A DNA stretch of 61,882 nt, the filler included, from Sphacelaria rigidula (lineage: Eukaryota): NCBI GenBank assembly GCA_964200075.2. It is 7 parts of 7 records of this genome, joined end to end, with 100 filler letters (N's around TTAATTAATTAA, not from the genome) between each part and the next. Parts side by side here need not be neighbours in the genome. Positions count along the whole stretch, not along the records: positions 17,712 to 26,466 come from CAXNAA020010184.1; positions 26,567 to 35,320 come from CAXNAA020010185.1; positions 35,421 to 44,174 come from CAXNAA020010186.1; 4 more parts are not named here. One strand, written 5' to 3'. The notes beneath the pieces were generated by a model. It saw only the letters and a list, made by a program, of their open reading frames with translations. It did no database searches and was not told the DNA's origin. Shown here piece after piece: positions 26,101 through 39,587 of this stretch. The translations under genes and the position numbers were made by a program. The first letter of the stretch is position 1, and every line of letters starts with the position of its first letter.

Positions 26101-26619
26101 ACGTGCGTTCATATATAGACAGACAGTTCCTCTCGCAAATTTCAATGGCAGCAGTGCTGGATGCAACGAGTTAGGGCAGAATCCGTGCAGCTCAGGGTGA
26201 ACACCACCCCCCTCGCTGAAACCTGACCTCCGGTGTCATGGGAGAACATGGCGCTCGACTTACACGACCAGGAGGGATACAGAGGAATGTTTCACCATGT
26301 GGACAGCGTAAACTTTCTGTCGCAAGAGGTTCATTGAAATCCATCGGTGTCTCAAAATTAACGACTTGACTGAAGTTGAAAAACGTTTATATTTTGCTCC
26401 GCACCAGCACATGGGTGCAGTAGAGAGCCCCCTTCCTGCTCTACAAGCTGTTCACCCCAGTACAGTNNNNNNNNNNNNNNNNNNNNNNNNNNNNNNNNNN
26501 NNNNNNNNNNTTAATTAATTAANNNNNNNNNNNNNNNNNNNNNNNNNNNNNNNNNNNNNNNNNNNNTTTATTTGGACCTCTCAGAGTGGTAGGGGGGGGG
26601 GGGGCTATCGAGGCATCCC

Positions 26620-27330
26620 TGAGTTGGGCCAAGTATTTGTTTACCTCGACACGTACTACATCCCCTGCCTTGTTTTGGGCATGCTGTCGACGGCTCCTTC
26701 ATGTCGATGCAACGAGCGATACAGCCAACAGGTGCGTGCACGATGTGGACAAATTCAGCCTAGTAGACTTGGCACTCGCCGTCAAAACTCGACATTCCTC
26801 CCAGCAAAGCCGGGATTGACGCGCAAACACCCACATGACTCACAACATGAGCAGCGCCCATTTGATGAGAACGAATGAACATGCCTGGCCTAAACCGAAG
26901 ATTTGGCTGTCTCTTCACCGAGCTGATGATGCTGCACGTGTGAGCGCACAACGCAGCCCTTGACAGCTCTATGACACATGCCAAGAGGCCGCTGCGTGTA
27001 TACCGCAGTGTGCTTGAGGCGTGTTGCAAGATAACAGCGTGGGATACTTGCTGACATGGTCACTGTTGCCGAGCACCATGTATGTGGTGGAATCACCTGT
27101 GATCCCCCCTCGAAATATTCGGCCATGGTTTCTGATGACAAGAACAAACTGGAATCATGGTCGTATTATTCTTCCGTCATGCTCACACGCATTTTTCCAT
27201 TTCTTCCAGCAAAAGAAAAGGTGTACCGGGGTGCAGTCCGGCGTGGTCCTCACGGCGAGCGCGGGAGTGTGAGCTGTCCACTGCGACACTACAGGTACAT
27301 AATGACCAACACGCACCGAAATTTCTGGGA
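26620..27330 (+). pseudogene. piggyBac-like transposase relic
   Basis: Frameshifted VYLDTYY/TSPALF..ANR (resembles DNYYTSxxLF..GTxRxNR), LQDNSVGYLLT (resembles WxDNxxVxxLST), VSCP..Y. Confidence 0.5.
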
Positions 27331-28133
27331 AAGATGATCAATGCTGCACCAAAAGAGAAAATACGAAATGTCACAATTTCACGTGGTGTGTACAGTCACT
27401 GTGCACATGTGCGTGGAATATCAAGTCATAGTTTTCACCCTCGCCGAGCTTACATGTGCAGTTTTTCTTCATTCCTTTATTGCGGGTAACTCCAACTTTA
27501 CAAGAAGAATTTCTGTTCAAGTGTTTGGTCTCCCCTTTTATGCGGTTTTTTTTTTTTTTTTGTTTGTGTGGGGAGGGGGGGGGGATTTTTGGTTTTTCTT
27601 TTTTTTGTTTTTTTGTTTGTCCACGTTTTNNNNNNNNNNACTGGAAGATTTTCTTGTAAAGTGTTTGGTCTCCCCTTTTATGCGGTTTTTTTTTTTTGCG
27701 GGGGGAGCGGGGAGGGGGGGGGAAATCTTGATTTTTCTTTTAATGTGTTTTGTGATTGACCACGATTTCGACCTAGAATTGATTACTCGAAAGCTGAGGT
27801 CACAGGCTTGAAAAAAATCGAAATCTTACCAGGCAAGACATAGTTGACAGCAGACAGTGGTGTGAATGACCGAGAGATGGGAGGAGGCAGTGCTGGCGGG
27901 GATTACGTTTACCTATTGAACACTGTTATCGTTTGAGGATGATATATATATATATATATATGTCGGCAGACAAGCACCGGTGCCCTAAAGCAACGAGCAG
28001 CCGAAGAGCGGTACGGGAGAGGATGAAACAGCAAGGCAGACAGCGGAGAACCTCGCAACTGTGTTCCGGAAGCACTGACGTCATGCGTGCCTTTTATTCG
28101 TCTGAATGGCGATCTACGACTTCTCTGCCCACC

Positions 28134-30313
28134 CTAAAACATAAACACCCGACACACTTCCATTCGACTCCGTTCACAAACCGATCGCGAAACAAGAAAA
28201 AATTGCAAAAAAATAGCGTGACGCCAAGCGTGAGAACCTAAATGAAGCTCAAGTCCTCCAATCCTTTGTTCGATCCAAGCTGGGCCATGGAGGGGGGAGA
28301 GCAGTGGTATGCCAGTCTTTTTCTCAGGATTGCACACATATTCTCACCTCGACCCTGGGCGCCCGTGCTCCAATATCATCCTTTCCCGGAGCTCGAAGGC
28401 TCGAGGATTTTGACTTTTCAGTCTGCTCTCCGCGGCCTGTCGCTGAGCCAGCTCTTCCTCGGAGATTCTCCAGGCCAGGCAGGAGAGAAGGCCGGTCATT
28501 ACGGCTAGATATATAAGAATGGCGCTCTGGCTCACCGTGTAAAACGCCAAAAGCTCCTGCAAAGCGAAGAGATCGATACAGGGGGTAAGATCGCCAACGA
28601 CGTCCGCGCATCTTGTGAAGAAAACTGGAATACGGTGGTGGGTGCTGGTCAGACATGTGGGAAGGCAGAAGCCGAGAGGGCAGGTATTATCACTATTATA
28701 CAACATTATCTCCGCGTTCGAAATCGCGCACCCGATTTCCCTCTACCCGAGTTTCATAAGTACACGTTGCGTGTGCGCTACCGAAAGTGGCGGGTTATCC
28801 ATCGGTTTCCTGCGTTCTGGGCTGGTCGCACGCACTGATCGTCACACGAAGAAGCGGGACGTAGCCAGTCTCAACTACCTTGCACAAGAGCAAGTGCCTC
28901 AACGTTTTCCAACGTCTCTTCGCAAGCCCGCGCCGTCGTTCACCTTCCCATTGGAGTATCCGCACGCCTGGCCCGTCTTCGCCCGCAACGCGCGCGAGTC
29001 CGCTTTCCCCACCAGCGCATCTGAGTGCCAATGCCGCAAACTGTTGAACCCAACATCGAGCTCCGGATCATCCATCAACCAACGCCGTCGACCACGCCCC
29101 TCTCCTTCGCTGTCATCACCCCGGACGGATGCAACGGCAATGCTAGCCGCCGATTCCCCCGAAATGTCCATCGGATGTGCGTGTTTCCAGCTCCCGAGAC
29201 ACGCGCGGCAGGAGGATAGGCAGAGGGGCGGGCCTCCCAGCCGGGCCGCGGTTAGCGTAACGGCGATGAGGACGCTCAGGAATGAGAGGGACAGGACGGG
29301 CACGAGGCGTGGCGGGAGGAACTCTTCCATCGCCGCCACGAAGCTGCGCTTGAAGCGATCGAAGCCCGGCAGCACCGCGCCCGCTCGCTTCGCGCCGACC
29401 ACAAACATGGCGTTGTAGAAGCACCACGTGGACAGCGGGATGGCCGCCAGCCACGGAGAGCCTGACAGGGAAAACGGAATGGCGATACTCAGGATACACA
29501 TGGAAAAATGCATCGCCAGTTCTTTCTGGAACACGAACTTGTGCATGCGCAGGAAGATTCGACGCTGGCGAGTGCCTATCCCTCCGCCCCCCCCACCGTG
29601 CCTCTTGTTTCCGCGATTTCCCCCGCCACCAACACCGCCACCATCTACGCCACCGCCGCCGCCGCTGCCGCCGCCGCCACCACTACCACCGCCATCCCCA
29701 CCACCGCCGCCTGCCGACGGCGGGGATGTGTCTCCAGCCTCCATGCGGCATGGCACCAGGATTCCGTCTCCTCCCCCTCCGAGCTGTTGCTCTCCAAACA
29801 TGTCATCTGTATTCCAGGTGTTTCGAGAGTCTCCCGCGCTCCCCGTGCCTCCACCCCCACCGCTACTGAGGAGGTGGTCGCTGGCTAGGGGAGAGCGAGG
29901 CGATAAAAGGCCATTGTTGTGATCGATGTCCGATCTGTGGTCGGATTCTGCATCCCAGTAGGAGGAACGGGCGGTCAGCCGCCGCATATTGAAGACTTGC
30001 TCGGTGCACCACCCTTCGCCGCAGCCTGTATGAAGGGGTGGGGTAAAAACTGTCATGAGTGGTCTGTGCGCTTGAGCATATTCTGAGCAATACCCATCTT
30101 GCGTAACAACCGGAGAGTGTTGTGCCCGCGGTCGGGGCTGCTCCACGGGATGCTCAAATCGGGCCCGACAGTTTCCAAGAGCAGGTTCACGCGGACGCAG
30201 AGAAGCAAACGGCTCTCCAGAAACTCGCAAAAGTTGCCGAGTGGTTCTACATCAGACACAGGCGGCGGGCTTCTCACAGCATGCATGAAAATTGCACTGG
30301 GTTTGGTATGGGA
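28134..30313 (-). pseudogene. Degenerate multi-pass membrane protein gene of unknown family
   Basis: Exon 30313-30094, phase-compatible GT-AG intron 30093-30026, long exon with Gly-rich linker and hydrophobic helices; the 3' part is broken by stops and frameshifts (28899, 28344). Confidence 0.6.
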
Positions 30314-30911
30314 CTGCAGGTTGCGCTCCTCCAAAACTAAACCAAAAGGATAGCGACCGTTCGTTGCAGCAAAAACTCGACCTGAGAGACCGTTGATACT
30401 TCTGCGAGTTCTCCCGTCAATATCTACACAACAAACAAAACGCACGCAGAAGTAGTCGACGCGACGAACACAAAAGCGTCCGCCCAACAATTATACACCA
30501 CAGCGGATCATGGTAGTTGCTATGCAGCCTTTGGTTTCGTCCTTCTGAGTCGGGCGGCGTCCGTTGCACGCTGTGAGCACCGTAGCCTACGTTTCGAGTA
30601 TCGTGCCCCGCAGTCATCACAACAGTACACGGACTAGTCGGTCAGTACAGAGTGCAGTAGGGAGCACCGCACCAAGTTTAGTTATTTTTTTTCACGCCAT
30701 TCTGCTTTTTCGGACCACCGGAGGAAAGGTGTGTTTATCCCCTGAGACGACACATTCTTCTCGAGGAAGGGGAGGGGTTCACACCTTCCACAACATATGA
30801 TCAATAGTTGCAACAGGCCTATACTTCACGCGGTATATATTCTTCGTCTAATGCAATCATAGACCATATATTGTCCAGAGTGTGGAGGGTTGACAAGTAT
30901 GGCGAATATAC

Positions 30912-32096
30912 CACAGGAACCGTAGGTAAGGTACCGTACCGACCGAACCCCCGGTATTTACCGGGGTATCCCATACCGTGGTATGCGTGGGTATCGTAGG
31001 TATGAGGTTTGAAAATACCTGATTGAGCGGGTACGGTAGGTATTGAAATATCGAAATACCGTGGTGTCGTAGGTATCGTAGGTATGACTTTTGAAAATAC
31101 CTGGCTGAGCGGGTGCGGTAGGTATTGGTATCTCGAAATATTGTGGTATCGTAGGTATCGTAGGTATGACATACGAAAATACCCGATTGGGCAGGTACGG
31201 TAGGTACTGGTATCTCGAAATACCGTGGTATCGTGGGTATCGTGGGTATGGCATCTAAAAATACCCGACTGGGTCGATATCGGTAGGGTATGAGATGTCC
31301 CAAATACCAGTACCGGGTACCTGCCCTACCCTCTATACCGATTTCAAAACTGTCATCCGGCAGTGCGGAGAAGCGTTCCAGGGCGTGTCGTGGCGAAGAA
31401 AAAAATCGAAAAAATGTGGCGGTGGAATTGATTTGAGCGAAAATCGCACATTTTTGTCGAGTTGGGTCCAATCGATTTTTCAAGCTCCGATCGAAAAAAG
31501 AGGTTGAAATTCGTGAAACGAGCCTTCTAAGAACAGAGATGCGATGGGCCTGTCAGATCGAGGGGAAAAATCTACCGCACATCGGACTACATAATAGTGC
31601 GTTAATTCAAATTGATCCAAACACGCAAATCGGGGGGAATCTGGGTATATATTACTTGTGAAAACAAGACGTACCTGGTGCGACAACTTCCGGCCTTTGC
31701 ATAATAAGTTGGGACCAGCTGCTGCACCGTGGGGAGTGCATCGCGTCCGGTTTTACCGGGTATACCCCCGGTTTTTACCGGGGTATCCCATACCGTGGTG
31801 TGCGTAGGTATCGTAGATATGAGTTTTGAAAATACCTGATTGAGCGGGTACGGTAGGTATTGAATTCTCGAAATATCGTGGTATCGTGGGTATCGTGGGT
31901 ATCGTGGGTATCGTGGGTATGAGTTTTGAAAATATCCGATCGAGCGGGTACGGTAGGCATTAAAATCTCGAAATACAGTGGTATCGTCGGTATCGTGGGT
32001 ATGGCATCTAAAAATACCCGATTGGGTCGGTATCGGTACGGTATGAGATGTCCCAAATACCGGTACCGGGTACCGACCTTACCTACGGTGCCTGTG
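30912..32096. mobile_element. Non-autonomous hAT-like element with GGTAT subterminal arrays
   Basis: TIRs CACAGGAACCGTAGGTAAGGT / ACCTTACCTACGGTGCCTGTG; perfect 8-bp TSD GAATATAC. Confidence 0.9.
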
Positions 32097-34963
32097 GAAT
32101 ATACATACTCGTACATGCACATACCACATACGACTGGCTGCACCTGCAATAACGATCCCAATTTTCTCGTGGCCAGAAAGTGAAGGGTCATCAACGTTTC
32201 GGGACGAACAACCAACCACGCAAGCCCATGAATTCATTTGATTTCACGATGTTACACACCCTTGATTTCTCCTCACAGTGAACACCCTGGCACACTTCGC
32301 GGTCACATGAGTATATGAGTGTATGTGCCCAACATCCCTGATCAAACTGAATATAAATTTCGAAAAATTAACGTTGAACGGGTCGCAGCGGCAATTTTGA
32401 GGCATCGCACCTTTTGAACAACTGTTTAGACCATAAGACCATCCCTTTCAAGATGCTTCCTGACCTTGGCCCCCAATATCCCGTCAGATTGTCCACGGGT
32501 CAAGTGGGCGGGGATTGATTCGTCGAATGCAACGGCCATGACACTAAGGCCCATTATTATCGACACAACTCATCCGGAGACGTCCGATTTATTCGAGACT
32601 GGTGAATTACCTGACGACTCTTGAACGCTTGAGACCGCCACAGCGTACACGCAGGGCAGCTTTCCAAAAGTGCTGCGCTACGGTCCGAATTTTTCGGACT
32701 TCTCCAAAAATGAAGCGTCGGGGGGGGAAATCAAACCGCTGCGTTTTCGGGTAAGTCTGAACGCAGAGCCTGAAGGGTCCAAACATTTTCCGACATCGCC
32801 GAGAATACAGTGTCGATAATGATGGGCCTCAAACAATAACGCGGCAGTTTTCGTCTTTTCTCTTGCGGTGTATGCGATGATGCAGCTCCTTGACGACCGA
32901 ATGAAGAGGTACAATTACTTTCCCACAGAAAAGACGAGTTTGCGATTTCTTCAATATCGATTGATCGTGGTACATGAACACCGAAGTAAAAATGCCCCGC
33001 CACGAATCTAGCCTTGGTAATCAGATACAAGATAAACGCACCCGAGGTGAATCGACGGAGACACTCGCTGAAGGAAACCCGAGGACGTGAAATCACGGAG
33101 AGTTAGTGGGGAAACACAGGGCACTGAAAAACACATGTATTCTTCCATGCACACGTTTTTGTACATGCATTGCAGGTAGGTACGTAGCTTGTTGTCTCAG
33201 TAGTCATCGCCCGCAAACCTCCACATCGGCTAAAGAGCGGGGAAAGGTGGCGGCGACGGAGGCTACCCATGTTTACTGGTATTTTCAACCACACTATAGC
33301 TGTACTGACTAAAAACCTAGAACGAAAATAATGCCAGGGCGCTGCATTGCTCCTGCTGAGCGCTTTTCCCTTTTTCCTTCACGCACTTCCAAACAACTCC
33401 GTATTTTCGTAGATGATGACGAATGCCACGGATTCTGGAGCTGGACGCTGGACACCTAACTCATATTTCGTTGGGGCTAACTACAGCACGCACCAAGTGC
33501 AATCGATCGTGAGAACAAACTTTCATGTATTACGCAGGTGAAGGGCAAAGTAGGAACTATACTTCAGCGCAGAAGGAGAGAAGGTGGGACGGCGGAGGGC
33601 GTAGTTTGTTCCTGCGTTGATGCTTGCCACCCCCCGGCGCGGACTAGGTTCATGGCGGTGCGTGAGACTGCTGCTGTCGTAGTACATCGCTCCTCACGTT
33701 ACTAAAGCGACGCCCATAAACGTGGTACCATCAGCTTTCTATTGCATGAGGTTTGGCGAGTTTGCATGTACCTGGTCAACACCTGAACGCCCTGGTCGAG
33801 GTCTGACGCCGTATCAGCAAATAACTGACTCGGCAGTTCAGTTTCACCTGACAGTGGAACGGATGGTGTCTGCAGTAGACATAAACTTTCTGGTTACCTC
33901 GGTGCTAACATAAGATATCGAAATCTCTCGTTACGTGGTCTACTGCAACAGGAAAATATATGCATGCAATTTATGCTTCATGAGCAGTCAACTGCTCAAG
34001 GTTTAGCGGAGTTGAATTTACGTCGCGAAATGGAACAACGCGACAGAAGATAAGACAACGTCACAGACACCGGGACGTTAACGCGTACATGGCGTGGACA
34101 GGGTACATCACCCGTATTCAACACTGACTGCACAGGCAGAGTCATGTTGACTTCTGAGCACGAAAAAAATGTAGATTCACAGAACAGTACTTCACACAAG
34201 TACAACAGAGATCCAGCTAACAGCTGATAGCTACAGCAGAGGATTAACGAGGTGGCAACTGCAGTAGAGGTCAAACGAGGTGATAACCGTCTTCCGTGCA
34301 TAACGCAGGAACAAAAGCACACCGTAGGTGTCGTGCGAGACCTTGAGAACGTAAGTCACCATCAGCGAGGCCACGTGCGGTGAAACCACCGTGCTTATTT
34401 TGTTGCTTCTAGTGAACATTCAGACACCATTTTCGATGCTCAAGCACCCTGCACAGAGTCGGCGATAGCTCCATCCGCACAGCACGTACTCGGGGAAACT
34501 CACTTGCTATGAGTAGCCACGACTCGTACCCAGCAGCGCATGGTTTCTCAACGTGATAGACCGTTGCAGCGAAAATGAAAAAAAAACAAGTAAGGGTAAA
34601 GCCGAAATTATGAGGAGCAACAATCACACTATTCGTATTGCGTGAGGCTGCGGGCACAATCTGTGGCCTCGATGAACGGCTGCTAGCGTGTGCTGCTTAT
34701 GCATGTCGTAACAGCGTCTGTTAGGCAACATTTGATAACATTAGTTCTGTTGTACGCAAATGCTTATCAGATGTGGGTGGGTGTGTTGTCATTCCATCTG
34801 TTCTGGTCGCCATTCTACACATTTCAGTATATGTGGACGGATCAGCCGGGGTTACACAGGAGGAAGGTAAACGCAAGAGGTATTATAAGTTTAATTTTGT
34901 TGAACGAGCTGGTTCACGCTCATCACCCCGAACACTCATCGACAAAACCTGACGCCCTTGTAA

Positions 34964-35195
34964 GGAGTTAGACCCTGAGTTTTTGCACAGATGTTCTATG
35001 GGTCATCACGTAACTTTCGAAGAGCGTTTTCTTTTTTACTTTTTGATTTTTATAACGTTTTTCGGGGGTCCCCATTTTTCGGGAAAACATCGATCCAATC
35101 GAACCTCCGTAAAACGATTAAAAAAAAATCCTCGTTTTTCCAAAGTTGCGTAGTCACCCATAGAACACCTGTGCAAAATTTCAGGGTCCAACTCC
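34964..35195. mobile_element. MITE with about 55-bp TIRs at a TTAA-like target (Kolobok- or Sola3-like)
   Basis: GGAGTTAGACCCTGA...TCAGGGTCCAACTCC; flanks GTAA and TTAA. Confidence 0.75.
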
Positions 35196-35424
35196 TTAAC
35201 CTTTTTGGGACCGGGCCTCCAGAACGACCAATGAGGCCGGTCAGGAACGACGTGTCTGGCGTATGCACGAAACAGTGGTGTGTTCCTGTAAATCCGCGTA
35301 TGTAACTGGAGGGTTATGACNNNNNNNNNNNNNNNNNNNNNNNNNNNNNNNNNNNNNNNNNNNNTTAATTAATTAANNNNNNNNNNNNNNNNNNNNNNNN
35401 NNNNNNNNNNNNNNNNNNNNTGGT

Positions 35425-35474
<50 letters not shown>

Positions 35475-36257
35475 CGAAAAGTTTAAGAACAGTCAGCTTT
35501 GGGGGCGGGCAGTATGAGGCCTTAAGTGATTCGGGTGGTTCTTCGCTTGATACTGCGAAGGGTAAGAGTTGAGATAAATCGCGGGATGAGCTGACTGCTA
35601 AGTTGGCGGCCGTACTGTTGCAGTAAAGGGGGTGCGAAAAAAATCGCACTCGTCTGAGGTATCGCGACATGACGATTTTTTTCACTGCATCCTTTCTCAT
35701 CGCACGCTGACCGAAACGTTCGTTGGCGATTCTCATTCTTTTTTCATCAGAAGAGCTGAGTGAGTGTATTGGTAACTAATATTTTCTGTGTACCTTACTA
35801 CGAGCGTTAAAAAAGACGGGGTATGCGTTCCTGTGCGCCCTGATTATGTTCGCCAACACGTGATTTTCTCCCGACAATATTTAAAGAGAATAGGCACCAG
35901 TGTTACATCATCATTGGATTGTGAAGCAAAAGACTGTTCGGAAAAAGCAAGGTTTTACCTGTATATTCCGGGTGTTGTTGTTTCTTCCACTCGGGCCTTG
36001 TGACTCTCGGGAGACGTACTGCTGCAACTTGCTCATGTTGCTTGCCCCGTCCCGAGCACCGTCTTCTCTTCTGTGGGGGAATAGGAGGACAAGGGGGGCC
36101 GCCGTATTACCACCAGTGCCATCAATATCGTTACGACAATCGTCGCAAACATCGTCACTGAGTTGTGGAGCTGAATACCATTCTCAAACAACGCGCGTTG
36201 CAAGTCGTTTTGTACAATCGACCACGACGTGCGTTGCTGCATCACGCATGCATGCTT

Positions 36258-36487
36258 GAGCAATGCTACGGTAGGGGCGCACTTTTTGCGCGAAATCGTG
36301 TCTGGTTCAGGGGCTGCTGACGATTCTAGATGCGCAAGAATATGGGTCAGGGCATCCCCGTTTCCAAATTCATTCGCGATTTCCCTAGCCCATTGCAATA
36401 GTAATCCTGGCGTAATCTCACATATTTCATCAGACGTGTTTTGGATGAGATAAAGGGATCCTCATGTTTTTAACCTTGGAAAATATC
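36258..36487 (+). mobile_element. GAGCAATGC MITE, right end missing
   Basis: Homologous to 48923-49166. Confidence 0.75.
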
Positions 36488-36715
36488 CCGGGGGGGTCAA
36501 GTGGCATGGTTGAGGATTCGCGGAGCACCCCAAGACGCAACCGGAGTAGTCAGTCGCAGACAAATGAAATGCATGCTGAAATTGGCAGATTAGCATCGTA
36601 GAGAAGAAGTTATGACGATGTAGCTGATGTGCTACAGAACCGCGCCCCAAATATAAACGCGATCGACACAGGAATAAGCAGAACGAAAATACACCTCCCT
36701 CTCTCCGAATTCCGG

Positions 36716-37160
36716 CGAAGAATACGAGTACGAGAGTCCATTCGGCCATGCAGATATGCTTTCATTCCTATCCCCTCTCTCAACCCCCCGTGTATCTTCA
36801 GGTGTTCTTCCCCGTCTACTGTGCGTCTGAGCGTTCCTATTCCCCTTATTTCTATCATGACTCTTACTTTCGTCTCGTACCCTCTGCCTTCACCACATTT
36901 TCCGCCTTCACCACATTTTCCGCCTTCACCACATTTTCCCGTCTTTGTTTCCTCTAATCTCCTTCCATACTTTCTCGAATACTCTATCCCATCTCATTCC
37001 AGCCTGCCCTTTCGTAATTTCCTTCCATACGACCCTATTAGCCATGACTGGCAGTAATCTCTTTCTTGGCACGTTCCTTCCGCCGTATCGCCATTCTAAT
37101 TCTCTGCTTGTTTCAAGTGAGTACATTCCTAAACTCTGCTGTCAATGCAGCATTTCTTAT
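36716..37160 (-). pseudogene. LINE ORF2 C-terminal relic
   Basis: KRLLPVMANRVVW..GQAGMRWDRVFEKVWKEI and EHLKIHGGLREGIGMKAYLHG resemble non-LTR ORF2 tails; contains an 18-bp x3 tandem repeat near 36888-36938. Confidence 0.5.
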
Positions 37161-39307
37161 AGGGTACCGGAAGGGAAAAAGTTATATCCCACGCCCCGTC
37201 CGCCCCTGCAACCCAATGCCCAAAAATGGGAGGGAGGAGCAGGGGCGATACTCTCCCCCAACTTTGCATGGAAAACGCGCAGCGCCTCAGTGTTCAAAAA
37301 CAACGAAAACAGCGGACAACGGACAACCCACATGATTAGACGCTGCAAGCCACGCGAACCACGCGATCGAGCCTTCTCCCCGGGTAATTTTGCCCTTCAT
37401 AAATGAACGATGGCGCACTAATCGTACAAGGGCGATAGGCGACAAGACATCGCATCAGCTTTGATCAAGAAGAATCACCGACGGCCATGCCAGACGTTTC
37501 GTAGACGCCAAGAGCATGATAACAGTAGTCTCCAGATTAAACGGAAATTCATACCCACTGGCTTCACCTAAAAAACGCGAAGTCTTACATTACTCTGTGT
37601 GACACTGTCACTTAAACAATAGTGTGCTTGATTCCTCTCGGCGAAAGATGACGCTGGTAAGCGTCGAATCAATTATGCCTGGCTTAGGTACGATTTAAGA
37701 AGCCCTGCGGCGGCGGCACCACGCCGGAATAACGCCTCCTCTCCCGGTTGAACCAGTTGTTCACCGGCGAACAGGTTTAACCGGGGGGAAAAAACTCCAG
37801 TTAGTTAGTTTTGTCCTTCAAAACCGGAACCATTAAACGCCTACTTGGTTTTCCAACAGCCGTTTATACCCGATTCTTTTTTCAACGGCGCCCACCTCTA
37901 TCCAGCACCGTAACTACTATAATAATATTCCTCACACGAGATAGAAGCGCTTGGGTGATGTCGCGATTGCCTCCCCGAACCAGCGCCAAAACTGCTACGA
38001 GGAAAGTGACCATACAGTGCACAAGAGCGCGGGTTTCACACCACTGTATGAAGTGCCTCATATGGGGGACGTTGGTAGGCGAGAACGATCCTAAGCGTGG
38101 GAGCTCCGCGCTGCTGGGTGTGCTGGGCTTTTGTCATTTTCATGTGGAATTTGCTTTCTCCCACCAGCCCCTTTTCTGAGGGGGGAGGGTTGTCGCGACA
38201 TCACTCGTTCATTGAGTGACTTTTTATGAGACTCCGGAACGACCAAAAGCAGTAAGATACTAAAAAAAACAGAAGAGAAATAAACTTCCCCCGAGTTGAT
38301 CGGTGTGTAGTGAAAAAGAAACAATACTCAGGTTTGCCAGTAAAGTAATTAAGGGACTCGAGAGACGAGAATAATAACTGAAACAAGAATATTTCTCGTT
38401 TTTACACCCCAGGGAATAATGCCGATACCATGCGGTTGAAAAACGCATTGGTGCATCTACGCCACGACAGATATCGGGGGAAATTCGTTGCTACGCAGTA
38501 CTTTTTTGGAGGACGGTTCGCGGGTTGCCGCGCAAAAATATACAACATACTTGGACCGCAATGTTTTCGCTGTAGGTGGGGAAATAAATATACAACACGT
38601 TGCCTTCTCCGCCGAGAAAATATTTGGGGGGCTACTACTGCTATTATTATGTAAACTGCCACACAAACCATATTTCGGTAAACTCTGGTGGCGTGTTCTG
38701 ACTGGAAAACACACACACAATGATTTCACCTCTGCCAGGCCCAACAGGGGGGAGCGGCCCTACGCGGGCGGTGCCCTCCGGAGGCGTCTACGCGCTGCAG
38801 GAGCGCATATCGCCGCCGACTCCTCTGCGCTAGGGCAGACGGTGCCTCCGGAAGTTTTTTCAATCCTCATGAATACCAAGCGAGAGTCAAGCGACATGCA
38901 TGCCCAGCTCGGGTACCCGCAGAGAAAACAGCGAAGTACTTGGGAGGACGGCAGACGCACGAGCGAGCACACTGCGCGCTGGCCCCCCTTGTTACTTTCG
39001 GTGACCTTTAATAGATCGACACAGAGGGAACTCTAATGGCAACAAAGCAAATAGTTCATTTTTGCATGACGCGCTTTGGTCGCGTTTACTTGCGTGGTGG
39101 TCTACGTTGTCTTACCTGAGATGCTTCCTCCACGACCAGGCGTCACTCGAGAACAACTCGGGCGATCTGATCTGCGTGTATGACGTTACGTTCAAGAAGG
39201 CGGTTCGCGGATTGGCCTACCTTCCTCTCCCCTCCGACCATTTCTCCACGCATGACGATGCATGCAGGAGGGGAGCACACGCGGCCATTTGGCTACACCC
39301 CAACATG

Positions 39308-39587
39308 CCCACGGAGGGATGCGCGGCCCTCCATGGGGGAAACAAGCCTCCGGAGGCCTTCAATCCCTCTGGAGGAAACCAAACTTTACCGACCCGGAGG
39401 GCCGCGCACCCCTCCGGAGGAATATGGAGGTATGCGCGGCCCTCCAGCGGCAATGATAAGCCTCCGGAGGAGTTTAATCTCCCTGGAGGAAATCAAAGAA
39501 TGTCCTCTGGAGGGCCGCGTACCCCTCCGGAGGCGTTTAATTCCTCTAGAGGCTCGAAAAGTTCACGTTTACCCACCTCCTGAAGGA
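39308..39587. repeat. Array of CCTCCGGAGG palindromes
   Basis: About 14 perfect or degenerate copies spaced mostly 19-25 bp apart; outliers at 38775 and 38845. Confidence 0.85.

Noticed and set aside
30819-32215. IPT/YLR/YD-repeat proteins
   Set aside because: Translations of the non-coding GGTATCGTA array in all frames
32276-33349. Possible TIR element (CAGTGAACACCCTGGCA / TGCCAGGGCGCTGCATTG)
   Set aside because: Imperfect TIR, no convincing TSD, no second copy, no recognisable ORF
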